The translations under genes were made by a program, and so were the position numbers. The notes under the pieces are model-generated. The model had not been told where the DNA came from. It made no database searches and worked only from the letters and a program-made list of their open reading frames with translations. A stretch of 64,000 bases of DNA from the NCBI GenBank assembly GCA_043228905.1, contig JBHGNT010000006.1, positions 3,286,001 to 3,350,000 on the forward strand. The letters are read 5' to 3'. This DNA is from Azolla caroliniana (lineage: Eukaryota > Plantae > Polypodiophyta). Shown here piece after piece: positions 35,408 to 50,500 of this stretch. How positions within the stretch are numbered: position 1 is the first letter of the stretch; the number at the start of each line of letters is the position of its first letter.

Positions 35408-38400
35408 CACAATGACCCCATCCCCATCTCATTGAGTGCCCGCTTGCTTCTTCCAAGTGTTGACCGTGAGCACTTTGAGACAGTAGCATTGGAAAGTATG
35501 GGGCCATTCTTAGACTGAGAAAAAAGAAAAGAAGAAAAAAGTTACGGGCCTGAGTGCTTTAGAGTTCATTTTGCATGTGACCGTGATCATTTATTGCTTT
35601 TTTTCTTTTCTCCTTCTTTTGTTAAAATGTTACCCTTTTATTTTACCATGCGGTGGTTCTTTCGAAGAAGCGAAAGAAAGAAAAGGCATGCTTTTTCCTT
35701 CCTATCACTAGCTTTGTTCTCCTCACACATTTGTAGAATGCGATACATACATTGTGGTATTTAAGATTGATGCCAGTGTCTATTCCATAAGGGGCTTGGA
35801 CCATTGCATTGTCGCGAATACATGAAGAGCGAGTGTGTTTGGGTCTCTCATTGTCGTGAAGTATTGGAGAATGGTGAAGCCATGTAGAGTGAAATGGCAT
35901 TACCACACCCATGGGAAGAAAGCAAGGCCACCTGACATCAGCCACAACTTGCTCCATCCATATCCCCCCTCTCCCGAATCCCCTCAAAAAAAGAAAGAGT
36001 GCAGGAGAAGCAAACGAGCTCATGTAAAGGGATTACTTGCCATATCAAACTAACTAAGAAGCATCACAAGCTCAAGTTGAGACTCGATCACAATAGTGAA
36101 ATCAAGTTTAGGCATGTAATTGGGTTGGAGACGAGCCAACATGTGTAATTTTACCTCTTTGATTTTTATCTTTATCTAGTGCTTGTACATTTTCATTTCT
36201 TGAATACATAGCGAGAACAAACTATAAAATGGATATCCTTCCATTGCTTTTTTGGGAGTCTAAAATATACTTATTTTTTCTCACCCACTCATTTTCTCTC
36301 CTTGAATAGTCTACAAAATTACATAACAAAATTAAACCATATAGAATGTGGTTTGTATTTCAAGAGTATTTCTCAAATGACTCTACTTATAACATGTTTT
36401 CCGTACACGTGACACTAGTGTAGATTTATGGATACCAATGAAGGTAGAAACATAATTGGTAAACACAATTTTTTTGATGTGCCTTATGGCATCCTTTTGA
36501 ATCATTATACAAAACAAAACAAAGGAAGGTATCAATGACAACTTGCCCACCGTTAATCACCGAAGAAACTCTTTTATACAAAATTGATTTAAGATTATCA
36601 TCCTATGTCTAAAACTCAATGCCATCTTGCACATCGTCTAACATATTTGCCATGTAACCAATAACTTCACAGCCACCTGGACTAATTAACAACATTTAAA
36701 CCATTGGGTAGTATTAACATAGTTGCATTGTGGTTGTACAAACCTTTTCTATGAAATAACCAATCATTTCACCGAGTGTTGAGTTCCTAGAAGATACCTT
36801 ATCCCAAGGTTTTTTAATCAAATGTATTGTATCTCTTTAAGAATGATTGACTTTAATATTTAGGAGTTCCACGTAATGAAATAAATTATGTCTCAAATAT
36901 TTATTCAAGTAAAGGTTCCCATTTGGTCACCTCATTGTTTTTAATATTTGTCCTCGTTTATATTCATGATTTATTGCTTTTTCATAGAAAGGGACTACTG
37001 GGCAGTGTGCATGGCAACAAAATGCATCACATTGTGAAGAACACATAACAAAGTAGCCACCAAATGGAACTTCTTATTGTTTGTTTAATTTATTTTGCTC
37101 ATTCTTATGTGAATTCATTGTCATATTATAACAATAATTGATGTGTAACCTCGGATAATCATACAAGGATTATAATAGAACGTCATGTATTCTTGATCAA
37201 TCATGCACGGATGGTCCAATTACCCAAATGCAAGTTCATGTATATCATACAAGGATTATAATGGAAGGTCGTGTATTTTTGGGTCAATTGCACAAAAATT
37301 GTCCAAGTACCCAATGCAAGTTCATGTAGCCCATTACTAATCACATAGAGATGGTCTAAATGCTCAATGCAATGTCGCATTGCATTATACATATATACAA
37401 AGTCTATATCATTGCAATGTAGTGGAAACTATTCGCCTTTGTGTGCATTACGTTTTGATTTGAATATAAAGGTCCACATAACTTAGAACACGCTACAATC
37501 ACTCAATAAATGGCAATAAAACACTAAGGAATATTGGATGTCACCTAAAAGATTATGCCACAGGCAAAAGATATGGTTTTTGTCCAAGAGTAGATACAAT
37601 GTTGGATGAACATGTTTAAAAAAATGTATAGGCACTATTGGTAGTGATGATTGCAATCCCTTTTTTTGACTTTTTAAGGGTATGGACTTCTCTTTTGAAT
37701 GTTCAATATAACCAATCTTTAGACAAGAGGGAAAACTTAATGTTGCCATGGACTCACTCTTTTAATATTGATGACAATTACGGACTTTAGTCTCATTACT
37801 AGGAACAATTATTTTGCTGTAATTCACGAATGTAGAATATGGTACGAGTCACAAAAACAGCATGCATGGAAAATTCTCGTGGTGAAAATTATATATTCAG
37901 TGTAAAGGAAACACTAAATAATATGTTTCTCCTTTCGTATGTAGATAATTTGTCATAGAAAAGAATGTACGTACAAATGACTTATTCCTTTTATTTACTG
38001 TGAAAATTGGCGTTTTCTTATCCATTTCAATGAAACAAATGAAAAGGGGATAAAAAAGCAAATAGCATCGTAACAACGTTCGACAATTTGACATACAAAT
38101 CTATAAGTATGTACACAAGCATAAAAAATAAATAATGATAATGTTAAGTCGAGCATATGAATAGTCACCCTCTCACAATGATTGGTTCACGTAAAGCGAA
38201 AAGGAAGGGGCCATGGAAAAGGGCAGGGGCTTCTTAGATTGCGAGAGAGGAAAAAGTGAAGGGATTGCAATCTACAATTTCTCGTCTAACGAAACTCTTT
38301 TGTTGTTATGTGTGTAAGATTCTCGGGATGAGATTCAACCTCAAATCGTCTCATGCACTTTTGTTAATGGATCATAGTGCTGCGTGCAATTATTTTGCAA

Positions 38401-39152
38401 ACCTTTGTGGATGGAAAGGACTTGAAAAAAAACAAAGAGTATATACACCTTTATACCCTAAAATTTCATTATCCCGAGCGAATGAATCGAGTCTATCTTA
38501 TTTGAGGCAGTCGAGAGAAAGATACTCAATACTCATGGAGTATGTATGTGAGGCAAAACATGCCACGCACCAATTTCTGATCATTCGAGGGATTAAGCTC
38601 GGAGGATCCTTTTCGAGATAATAAAAAAATAGAGAACATATAATATGGAATAGGTTCACATGAAATATGTCTCAAATGGTAGATTCTTTTGTATCGATTG
38701 ATGATAAGTATTGGCAGGTATTACATATGTACATACTCGATTGATAGTTGTCTAAGAAATGCGGACAACTGACAACCATTGGACTGATACATAATCCCAT
38801 GCAAGCAAACATACATCGATAGAGCATCTGAATTTTCTCGAGCAGAGATTGCCCGCTGGGCTTAGGAGGCTGGACGAGTATTTATACATATACATGTACG
38901 TATATGTCTACCGTATACGTATACATATACGCATATATGTATATGTACTTAGAACAAAAATAGAAAGGGGCAGGGCAGAGCAGAGTAGGCGCTACTTCTA
39001 CAAATTTTCTGGTTTTTAGAAGAAGAAGATTTTCCATCTCCATCTCCATCTCCATTTCTTCCGTGTCTTCTTGTCTCTGTCTCTGCAGTCAATCTGATCC
39101 CCTTCGCCCATACCTAGTCTCTCTCTCTCTCTCCCTCTCTTTCTCCACGACC

Positions 39153-42100
39153 ATGGCTATGGCGGCCGCCGTAGCTTCTTCCCTATCCTCTATTACAGTC
39201 AGAGAGGTCCCTGGGCCAGCCTCATCCTTAGCATCAGCGTCGTTTTCCACCACCACCTCCTCCTCCTCCTCCTCCTCCTCCTCCTCCTCCTCCTTGCTCC
39301 GCCATAGCTCCACTATCTCAAGCTTGAGCTCGATTCTCTTCCAGACCCAGCACCACTCCTTTCACAAAAACGGCCCATACTATCCCCGCGCTTCTCCGAC
39401 CCTGCCTTGTACACCTTGGGTCGCCACCGCCTCCAGGTCAGCATCCTCTGCCGCCGTTTCCGGGTCCACCGCCACCGCCCCGAAAGACCGGCTCTTGGCC
39501 CTTGTCTCTGACCTTAAATCGATCCGGGATCCCCGGGAGCGCACCTCCACCCTCCTCCAATACGCGGCTTCTCTGCCCCCTCTCCCGGCCTCTCTCCACA
39601 CGGCCGAGAACCGTGTCATGGGTTGCACTGCCCGCGTTTGGCTCGCCGCCCAATTGGGCCCCGATGGCCTCATGCACTTCTGGGCAGACTCCGACTCGGA
39701 GATCACTAAAGGCTTCTGTGCTGTCCTCATCCACGCCCTTGACATGTGTCGCCCCGAAGACATTATGGCAGCGACACTCGATGGAACAACTATCACAGGT
39801 CTAGGGTTGGGATTGTTCACACCTTCGAGGTCCAATACTTGGTACAATGTGCTTCTCGCGATGCAGAAACGCACCCGGGTTGAGGTTGCACGGTCTCAAG
39901 GGAAGAAAGATGTGGAGCTCTTCCCTTCTTTATTGATTTCAGCTGATGATATAGTCGCACAAGGTAGCTTTGCACTGGCTCAGGTTAGTGTTTGTTGTTC
40001 CTCATTCAATTCTTTTTGACATGTTTGTGGGTGTATTTCTCTATGTGGTGATATGAGGTGTGTGTTTGAAAATCGGTAGTTTCTCTATTAGACAGATAAA
40101 AAGGCTACTAGCGTCCATAGGAAGGCCCAAATAGGCTCTACGTGGGCCAAATAATGTGTGTTTTCTTAGAAAAAGCTATGGGCTGTGTGTTTGTCTGCCC
40201 AATATAGAGGTTAACTAGGATGGAAGGGCCCTCAAGAGTGAATTATACAGGTCCCTGACATGAAGTTATGTGGTGTTTCTATAAAGTTTTTCTCTGCCCC
40301 ATAATGTATTCAGAGGATCATAACTTCTACACGAGGGAAGTGGAAGTGTTATTGAATTGCATGCAAGGAGTGAGTTTTAAGGGTTTTCTAGAGGAAGATA
40401 TGGGATATGTCTATTCAAGGTATTTCTCTACCTCATGTAGAAGATCCTCATTTCTTTCCCCCAGTGAATAGGGTATTAGTACGAAACATGTTACTTGTTG
40501 GTGCACCACTTTCGTGGAGAAAAGAGTTTGTGTTGATCGATTGCTAGCATGTATAGGAAAGCAAACAAATAGGATACTAAAGGTTTGGGGTTCCAGTGCT
40601 GACATAGGGCAAGAAAAATTAATCAGGAAGATTAATGTTGGGAACATCAATTGATTTATGAAGTTCATATTAGGGTCAAGCATGAGGGTTGTAACAAGAG
40701 AAGTTCTGTTATAAATAAGTAGTTGTAGATTTTACTCCAAATCCAGGAAGCTCTTCTGGTGTATATAATCTCTGAGCTTTAGAAGGCTCATATGTTCATA
40801 AGATAGATTTGAGCCAGTTGTAATAGGTTGCTGTACAACTTCCAGTCTATCTTTTATAAGCCAGCTGAATTTATATCCAATGTCCATTGTCATCCTTGTT
40901 GGATGGAAAGGTTGAGTTTTATAGTGACGTAAGTCACCGTTTATGTTAATAATAGCTGATGCTCCAAATTTTATTCAATGGATCAAAATTTCTCTTGCAT
41001 TCCCATGTTTTGAAGGCTCTAGAGGATAATGTGCCATCCTAGTCTATCATTGAGCTTATCAAAATCATCTGATAAAATGAGTATATTTCCCCCAGTTGTT
41101 AGCCAGATCCTTTGATGAACCCGTTTTGATGATGACCTGGTCCTGTGCGTCATCTTCAATTGGCTGTGATGCGCCATTACAAAGGCTGAGAGGAGATTAT
41201 TTCTGCTCTATATTTTTTATGTTTTCAAGAAGAAAAACCATGTCTGAGATGTCCCACCATTATTTGGGGATCGTTTGGCTTGGATACTTAAGTTCTGAAT
41301 CCAGATGGATGTGAGTCGTGTGGGTGAGAGAAACTAGATCTGAATGTTCCCCATGTGCCTACCTTGGATTCAGAAATGATGCCTTCCAATACCTTGCATC
41401 TATTGGCTTGAATGCATAATCCACTTCTCTCAGCTCACAACCCATGGTTGTGATCCTATTGTGCTTTGAAGAGAATAGTCATTCTTCTTGTCATTTTTAT
41501 GTTCTTGTTAATATCAGCATCTATATATGTTCAATTTAAGTTGGGTTAGGAATATTTTGAATTAATTTCATCTTGATATGCTTTATATTTATCTCAGCTA
41601 CCTCAGGAGTATACTCTAGTATGTGTATATCTAGGAATATACCTAGGAAAAAAGCATTCTGTACGGTTTCCTGCTGTACCTGCAAATTTGGCCCTTTCCT
41701 TGAAAGCACTTATATTAGAATTTCCCTTAGCATGCCTTGGTGTGTATTCACTAGGTAATGATTCTTTGTCCTTAAAAAAGAGAGAGCCAATATTAAGATC
41801 AGTAAACGTTGTGATAGTGAAGAGGCAATAATTGAGGACTGCTAAAGGCATCTCCTTTGCATGGTAGAAGGATGGTGGGCCCTTTCTTCGAGAGGAATTA
41901 TGCATAAATTTGAGCCCTTCTTTATTTGGTGGAAATTTTAATTGTGCCAATGTAAATCTGTTCTAACATTTGGTATCATCTCTTGTTTTGTTTTTTCCAG
42001 GTAAAATATCTGCGTCCAGATCAGCTGAAGGTAAATGAATTAGTCGACGTGTTGCAGCAGAAGCAGATTGGTGTTGTGGCACACTTCTACATGGATCCTG

Positions 42101-44583
42101 AAGTGCAGGGCGTCCTTGCTGCAGCTAAGGACTCATGGCCACATATTCATATTTCTGACTCTTTAGTTATGGCAGACCGAGCTGTAAAGATGGCTGATGC
42201 TGGCTGTAAGCATATTGCCGTTCTAGGTGTGGACTTCATGTCGGAGAATGTGCGTGCCATATTAGACAAGGCTGGTCATGAGAAGGTAAGGGCCATCTCA
42301 TCCATCCTACATTCACGGTTACGATTTACTATTGTATAGGTGCTAGATCGTGGAAAGTGTAACTGTAAAGCCATTTTTTGGAGCAAGCTGTTAGTGAGCA
42401 TGATCTCTAGTTAAAAATATGAAGATATTTTCTAATGAACCAATATCAGACTCATAGCTTGATTTGAACCCATAACCTTAAGGTTGCAAACCTGAGCGTG
42501 GCTTCTAAAACCATCATCTAAATAAATAATTTTTATAAATAAATATGTAAAGTTTTAATGACGTAAACTTGTGAATCTATATGCAAATATTGGTTAGACC
42601 AAGAACAAAATGTCTTTTTTGATGTATAAAGCAATGCTTGCATATTTTGATTGGGCATATACTGCTGGTTTTTTCGGTTTCTTTAGGTTGATGTGTATCG
42701 AATGTCTAGTGAACGCATAGGCTGCTCTTTGGCTGAAGCTGCCGAGGACATCAAATATCTGAAGTTTCTGGAAGAGGCGTCTGAGAATGTTCCTGCCCTT
42801 CATGTTATTTATATTAACACTTCATTGGAGACAAAAGCAAAAGCAAATGCGATTGTACCTACTATTACTTGCACTTCTTCTAATGTTGTGCCAACCGTTT
42901 TGCAGGTAGCTAGGAACAACGAACTTAAAAAATGTGTTTTAAGTTCGGAAGTAATTTGATCTTATCTAACATAGGTCCTTGTGATTGTCAGGCTTTTGCT
43001 CAGGTTCCCAATGTTAGTGTGTGGTATGGTCCGGATTCCTATATGGGTGCAAATCTAGCTGCAATGTTTCGTCAGATGTCAGATATGCTGGATGATGAAA
43101 TTGCTGCTGTGCATCCTTTGCACAATAAGGAATCAATTCGTTCTCTTCTACCAAGGTTACACTACTATCGTGTAAGTAATAATTCGCCCTTTCGGTTACA
43201 TTACCATCAGAGAAATGAGAGCACTGTATACCTCAATATATATCCACTTGATTACGCACTAGCATTCTCAATATCTAAAGTTGAACTTGGAACATTGGGA
43301 TTTACCACTGGTCACCATTGATCATGTACTCATCATGAAAGTTTCTAAATTTTCGAGGGCAATTCAAGGTGTCCATTCATCAATTAAGATGTATTGTTCC
43401 TTGCATAAACTTATAAAAGTTTAATCGCTTGCTGTGGCCATGTTTCTAATGTATGGGCAAGTTAATAGGTTTTCATGGTTGAGGGGTTCACCATATCTCT
43501 GATAAGTTGTTAAATTTCACATGGGCTGTGCCATTGCTGCATTTGGATGTTCACCACCATTTCCTTAGTTAATCATTTTTAGTGTAAAAATGAGGGTATT
43601 GTATAGAGTTTTAACAATTTCATTCTATTATGTGCAGGCTGGTGCCTGCATCGTGCACGATTTGTTTGGGCATGAAGTAGTGTCCCGTGTTCGGAATGCT
43701 TATTCCGATGCTTTCTTGACAGCACACTTTGAGGTACCTGGAGAAATGTTTTCTCTTGCCATGGAAGCTAAGCAAAGAGGAATGGGAGTTGTTGGATCCA
43801 CACAGAATATTCTTGACTTCATAACCTACCATGTGAAGGAAGCCATGGCCCAGAATTTTGATGAAAAGCTTCAATTCATCCTAGGCACGGAGTCAGGAAT
43901 GGTTACTGCAATTGTTGGGGCTGTTCAAAAACTTCTTGAAAAAGGGAAACTGGAAGGAAAAGAAAGCAAAATCAATGTGGAAATCGTCTTTCCTGTCTCG
44001 TCGGAAGCTATAGCGGAAGTCCCTTCATCTTCATCTTCATCTCAGGATGAAAGTAGTCTTGTTAAGTTATCAATTGTTCCTGGAGTTTCCTCTGGGGAAG
44101 GTTGTTCTATCAGTGGTGGATGTGCTTCATGCCCCTATATGAAGGTGAAGCACGAAATTTTAAGATCCTTTTTCTACTGTAATAGTGTAAGTGTATAATT
44201 CTTTAGACTAATCATCCCCCATCTTGTTATAGATGAACACCCTCGATGCTTTGTTAAGAGTTTGCCACCTTATAGCTACACCAATGGAGCATGCACTGGA
44301 TTCCCAACATGCGTGCCGATTCAACACAAATAGTGTTGCAGGAGCATCTGTTGCAGACCTTGGGTGTGAACCCATCCTTAGCATGCGCTATTTTCAGGTG
44401 TGCACCTATTTTGTGAAACAATGATAATAGATTACACCATTAAGTACAACGACTTTTGTCTTATCTTTACTCAAGTCGATGGAGACAAAGATTAACTTCT
44501 GCTTTCTTCTTCTGCTGGTTCAGTCACATGGTAGTTTGCCGCAAGAATTGGTTGATCAAATATTGAGAAAAAAGAGAAGATGA
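39153..44583 (+). CDS. QS: Plastid quinolinate synthase (SufE-NadA fusion; QS/SufE3/OLD5), 7 exons, ~748 aa
   Basis: Exons 39153-39983, 42001-42285, 42687-42905, 42992-43171, 43638-44144, 44233-44397, 44524-44583, all phase 0. Ser/Ala-rich transit peptide; SufE domain (ENRVMGCTARVW, ADSDSEITKGFC, PSRSNTWYNVL); NadA domain (VVAHFYMDPEVQ, LGVDFMSENV, GCSLAEAA, HVIYINTSLETKA, CTSSNVV, CIVHDLF, TAHFEVP, GTESGMV, CASCPYMKMNTL). Confidence 0.96.
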
Positions 44584-45612
44584 TTGCATCATGGAAGATA
44601 TTCCATTGTATTATAATACGATGAAGACAGGCGGTCTTTTAACCTTCGATTTTTTGGTTTGAGTGGGTGTTTAGAAGAATGGTAAAACAGAATCAGTTTG
44701 ATCCCAACTAAAAGGTATCACCTATCTTTGATTTTTCTTTTTTTTGAGTTTACAGAAATCAATTGTAATAAAATCTGATGTATGGAGAGATCTGGTTTTG
44801 CTTTGCAGCACAAATATACCATTGTATTTTATCTGGAGTTTGTGATACCAAGTAATAAGATAAAGAGGCATGTGGGTTAATATTGTATTTTCTTACAAAG
44901 TTTAATTTAAAGAATTGTCTGAATGTATTTTCTCTTTTAATGTAAAATGATGTATAGGTCTCCTCCTATTTCTCTTCTTGGTCATTTTTTGTTCACAATA
45001 TTTATGTACTAACACATCATCTGAAGACTAGTTATAAATTTCTTAAGTAATTTCAAAACTCTGTTATTATTTTTTGTAGTGAATTCTATTGATAAATGAA
45101 TCTGATCAAGGAGTCACTGTCACAGTAGAGAGCCATCAAGACTGCAAAGCACATATCCCATGATTGGATCAACTTGACCACTTAAGTCTCTTATTTATAA
45201 TAGCTCTTGTTACAAACACATATTTTAGACTGAAACAGCATTTTGGAAGAGGCAAAGAACTTCATCTGCAAGCATGCGATCCTAGTTGGCCTGAAGAATT
45301 CACGTAACCTTGCCAAAATGGAAGTCACACATCAGAGATATTGCATGCCTTCAGTCGACCGAGCATTGAAAGAACAAAAGAAGCTACTTATTGTGATGTT
45401 TGAGTCATCTTTGATGGCAAGCCCATTGCGTAGAAACTCTTGATTCATGGATATAATTCGGGGAGATTTAACATTGTAATTAATCGTTTTGCCAGTGGAT
45501 CTTTAGACACAAGTGATGAATTGAGATATTGTGATGACGAGTCATTGAGATATTGAGACACAAGAGTTTGAGGGGTGTCTCTAAGCATATGGTTGTTAGT
45601 AGGAGACTCAGG

Positions 45613-46075
45613 TGTGTGCACCTCAAAATTTTTATGAGAAGGAACTACAAGCGACAAGCTCAGAAATCATTTAGAGAGTTAGACAACATATGGAACTCAC
45701 ACTTTACAATGGAAGGGTTGAGACAACTGAACATGATACCTCCCTAGTGGTATTGTATTAAGGGGGCACTTATATGGCTTTTTTATGTAGCGAAGACCAT
45801 TATAATACCTCCACCACTCATTTGTCCCAAATGCGTACGTGAGTATATGCACCTTAAACCATTTTATGAGAAGGAACTACAAAGTACTAGCTATGAGCTC
45901 GGAAATAATTTATAGAGACTACATAAACAAACTAGACATATGGGTCTCCAACATTACCATGGTAGGGTAGAGCCTAGATGCATATGAACCTCCCTATTGT
46001 ATTGTATGGGACCACTTATATGGCTTTTTAAATCCATTATATACCTCCACCATTTATTTGTCCCAAACGTGTATG
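45613..46075. repeat. Diverged ~230-bp tandem duplication between QS and ATM3
   Basis: TGCACCT...TTTTATGAGAAGGAACTACAA...CACTTATATGGCTTTT...CCATTATA.TACCTCCACCA...ATTTGTCCCAAA occurs twice. Confidence 0.75.
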
Positions 46076-47531
46076 GGAATCTGTATATAACATCTATTGT
46101 AATTCTTTAACTTCACTTGTCAAATTACAATGCAAGTAAAATTCTCTGACATCAACTTCACAAAGCTATACGCACCAAACATTTCACTTTGGTTTCAAAG
46201 GTCATATTTCATCTTTTTGATGAAATAAAATCTTTCTTTTTTTAGTGAAAAACAAAGAGTTATACTAAATGGAGCTCTCCACCTTTAGTTCCAAATCTAC
46301 TCTCTACAAGTGTTTCGGAAAGGAAACAACAAAAAAAGAAGGGACTTGGCTTTGAAAACCTAATGACGACGTGCTTGAATCAACTCTACACCCAGCTAGA
46401 TGCTTATGGCAAGAGGTTAAAGCACTACAATCTGCAGTACCTCCTCTCAATCCTAGGTCCTTCGGGTTAACCATCTCCTACTACCTATAGGTGGCATAGT
46501 CTTCACAACTCTATAAACGAAAATTTCAGGAGTGTTGTTATGACTCATCACCACACAGGTAGTGGGACATGCTATATTCTCAATCTACTAAGGAAAGCAT
46601 TTCGAGTTGCTCCAACAAACAAGGTTCCCACAACAAATACAAAAGCATCAAATACTCTCTCTCTACATTGCTTTCTTGTAGGTATAAATGGATAGCATTT
46701 GCAATTCAGTTTGAATAATTCTCTCAAAATGGTTTGCTACAAACTAGAATGTCTTACACATACAATCATTATTGGAAAACGGTGCTCTATCACAAATAAG
46801 ATTATACATACTCATCTTGTTACCTGTTGGGATTTTAGGTTGCACATAGGCACGTATATAATAGAGATTGAATGGAAGATAATTGTCCGTTTTAGTGACA
46901 ATATATTGTTGTACTCACTAACACTAATCAAAGTCTTCTTTTTTGCGAAAAAACACTAATCAAACTCTAATGAATGATCAAACTTCTACAAGAAAAATGT
47001 ATTTTGACGTATATATGCAAAGAGACAACACTACAGCAGGAGACATAAAGAAGGTAGTTTGACATTTACAGTAACAAACATACTTTGCCTCCGACTGATT
47101 AATGGCTCAAGACAAATAGTCCAGTTGATACGTATAAACATGAATTCTATGTAAGGAGCACATTATTGAGAAATAGAGTCAAAACAAGATCAATGATCTA
47201 AGATAGGTCCTGATTATATGTCCGATGAATGCGTTGCTCGGAGATTATAAACATAAAAGAGACAAAGGAATGGAGCAAATGGGTAATGTGCTTAATACAA
47301 AGAACATTTGGTATTTTATTCTATGAGATACCTTGTAAGGAGAGAACCTTTTATCATCCTTTTCATGTTAAAGAGAAGAGACATCATATGATGCATTTAC
47401 ACAGACTAGAAACATCAATTCCAAATCTTAGTGGGCATTAGTTTGTATTCAGAGGCTTCTTTTTGTAAAAATCTACTCCCACTTGGCTTTAAATACGATA
47501 GATTTGAGTGTTGTAATTCTTCATGATGATA

Positions 47532-50500
47532 CTATGAAGAAATGGCAGTGACATTCTCATTCTCAAATGTCTGCTGATACCATAATTGCGCGTATCGACC
47601 ATTTTTTGATAGAAGTACGTCATGTGGTCCTTGTTCCATGACGACCCCATTTTCAAGAACAATTATCTGTGAAGAATAAGACAAATAAGAACCTCAAGCA
47701 TTTATTCATAACAACAACCCTAGTCTAAATGCTTTATCTACAGTAAGAAAGACCAGTAAATCAATTGTTTTGAATTCTTATTTAGAAAACATGCAATTTT
47801 GCAACTTGGAAGTACTTAAATAAGAACCCAATATGATTTAACATTATATTACAATACATATTTTTGCATTAACCAACCTCATCACATTGCAATGCTGTCG
47901 TCAACCGATGTGCAATGAAGATGGCAGTTCGTTGCTGCGTTACAGACCTTAACGTGGAGAGTATCTCTGCCTCCGTGGTGCTGTCTAGAGCACTTGTAGC
48001 CTCATCACAAACCCTAATAACATATACAAGCAACGATCATTACAGTAATTCAGGACACAAAAAAATGACTATGCATTGAGCAGTTCACAATCCTTATGCA
48101 AAGAAATTACACAAGCAAGTTAAATTAATCGAAAAATTGCTTTTGTGGTACTATCCAGCAACAATGATTGGATTATCCGACAAACATACACAGGTTTTGA
48201 AGACTAAGATATATCCATTTCAAAAACAGTGAAACCATGTTTCTCTACAATAAGATATGTCCTACCCATATAATAGAAGAAAATGACATTATACTCATTG
48301 AAAAATGAGGATTATGCTAGGAAGAACTAGTTTATCCATAAAAAGATTGTGTAAGAACACAAATCCAGTATACTGATGGGTTTGAACACGTGTTGTTGCA
48401 TCATTGAACACAAAGGTAGTTAAACCTGCTAGCAACTGAATTGGGCATAATGGTCTTACCAAAGATTGTGTTGTTGCATCACCAGATTCAGTTACATCAT
48501 CAATCAGGTAGTCACATAGGTTGGCAACTTGATAACAAAGAGCAGTTTGGTCATTATTTCCATGATTAGAAACCATGGAAGAAGTAATCTCTCATTTAAT
48601 CTCACTTTATGGACTCTAAGGACTATTTTTACATTTCCACCTTTCATTATTGGGAAACCCAGTGATGCATATCCCTACACTAGCACTATATGTTCCAATA
48701 ACCTTACACCTAGGAAATGGGCTGGATTCACGGGGAATGTTGTATTTTCATTGTTGATAGAATTGGTAAGACTACATATACTCAAATATATTGAGCCCAG
48801 AAATGGATATGGACCCATTCAGGTAGTCCTAACATATATGTTTTTTCATGTGTGTATAAACATGGATTTTGCTTTCTTTCAAGAAATTCGGATATGCCTG
48901 TAACAAGTAACTAGGCTTTCTTTCTAAATGCATCAGAAAGAATCAAAGAGAGGGTCATTGGAGAAAGAGTTCAAACTAAAAGGATTAATAAAGGGTTTCC
49001 TTCCATAAAGGATAGATGGCTGAAATTCATCAGAGAAAATAATCGTGAAATTCATCAGAGAATGGCTGAAATGAAAGAGTGAATAAAACATGATTGCACA
49101 ATTGACTTAACCCTACTATCAATCAATACATGCAAGTACAAATACATACCAGGAATTCCATGAATAAAACATGTGCATCTGTCGATGACAAACGACAACA
49201 AAAAGGGAATTCTTTATAAGAAGAATAAAATGACAATAAAAAAGAAAAGGTGTTGTGTACATTATTGGTGAGCCCTTCAAAAATGCCCTAGCCAATGCCA
49301 CACGCTGCTTTTCTCCACCACTGAGCTGTGAGTACACAACAAAAATTAATTTTGTATTATCAGTTCATGGTGAAAAATCCCTTTTCTAAATTTCCTAAGA
49401 TATGAAATACTTGGACTGGGCAAGCAGCAACAGATACCTTCAGGCCCCGTTCCCCTACTTGAGTATCATAGCCCTTAGGGAACGATAAAATCACATTATG
49501 AATAGCTGCCATTTTCGCTGCTTCATAAACCTATAAAGAAGAATATATAAATTAAACTTCAGAAACATAAAGAGAGCATTCATAACATTAAATCGACATG
49601 TGATCTGCATGGTCTGAATGCAAAAAATACCTCTTCTTCAGTGGCCGATAATCTCCCATATCGTATATTGTAAAATATAGTGTCGTTGAAGAGCACCTAC
49701 ATAAAATGTAACGAAGTTGAAAAAAAGGCGTGTAAATCATGTCACACTGATGCACTTAATAATTCTTCTTTTCAAGATATTCAATGAATTACTGTATCCT
49801 GAGGAACAACTGCAATGGAGCGTCTTAAACTTTCCAAAGTCACTTCGTTAATGTCTTGATTGTCTAATTTTATCTGCAAGGTCATGTGGTTGCGATTAAG
49901 GGAAGATAGAAAAAGGTAGCAGATGCGACAAAAAACGGTATGCACAGAAGGACTTACAGTTCCAGATTGGCAATCATACAACCGATATAGAAGCCTCAAA
50001 ATTGTAGATTTCCCTGAAGATGTATGACACATGGAAATAAGGATAAGTTATAATATATGCTTCCTACCTCAGATCCAAAAGTGAATATTTTAAGGGATTT
50101 GAATCTTGCATAATACATACATTTGGGATTCTAAACACTTGAGATTTCTGAAGCTTCTAGTATTATAACAGACAATCACTGCATCAATATGGTTTTAGGA
50201 TTTGTTGGCAGCATGGAACTTGGCAAGGCAATATGCAATGACTTAGCAAAGATAATCAATTGCGATTTTGTGAGACAAAAAGATAGGAATCTAATTACTC
50301 TCAAGATCTAGGCAGGTTAGATTATCTGTGTTTCAGATTTTGAGAACTTGTCTGCTTGCAGGGATAGTGCCAAGTGCTAGAAGGAACCAATTTTCCCTGG
50401 CCTACCAATTCATTATTACCATGAGAACATAGAGTAAATTCCTTCTTTCTAACCTAGCAATTAATTTATTACCATGAGAAAATGTGAACGCTTTGCTTCG

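Noticed and set aside
39257-39292. Poly-Ser (TCC)n tract in QS
   Set aside because: Ordinary microsatellite expansion within a Ser-rich plastid transit peptide.
42450-42520. tRNA-like B-box (GGTTCAAATC) on the minus strand in QS intron 2
   Set aside because: No cloverleaf or acceptor stem could be built; at most a SINE remnant.
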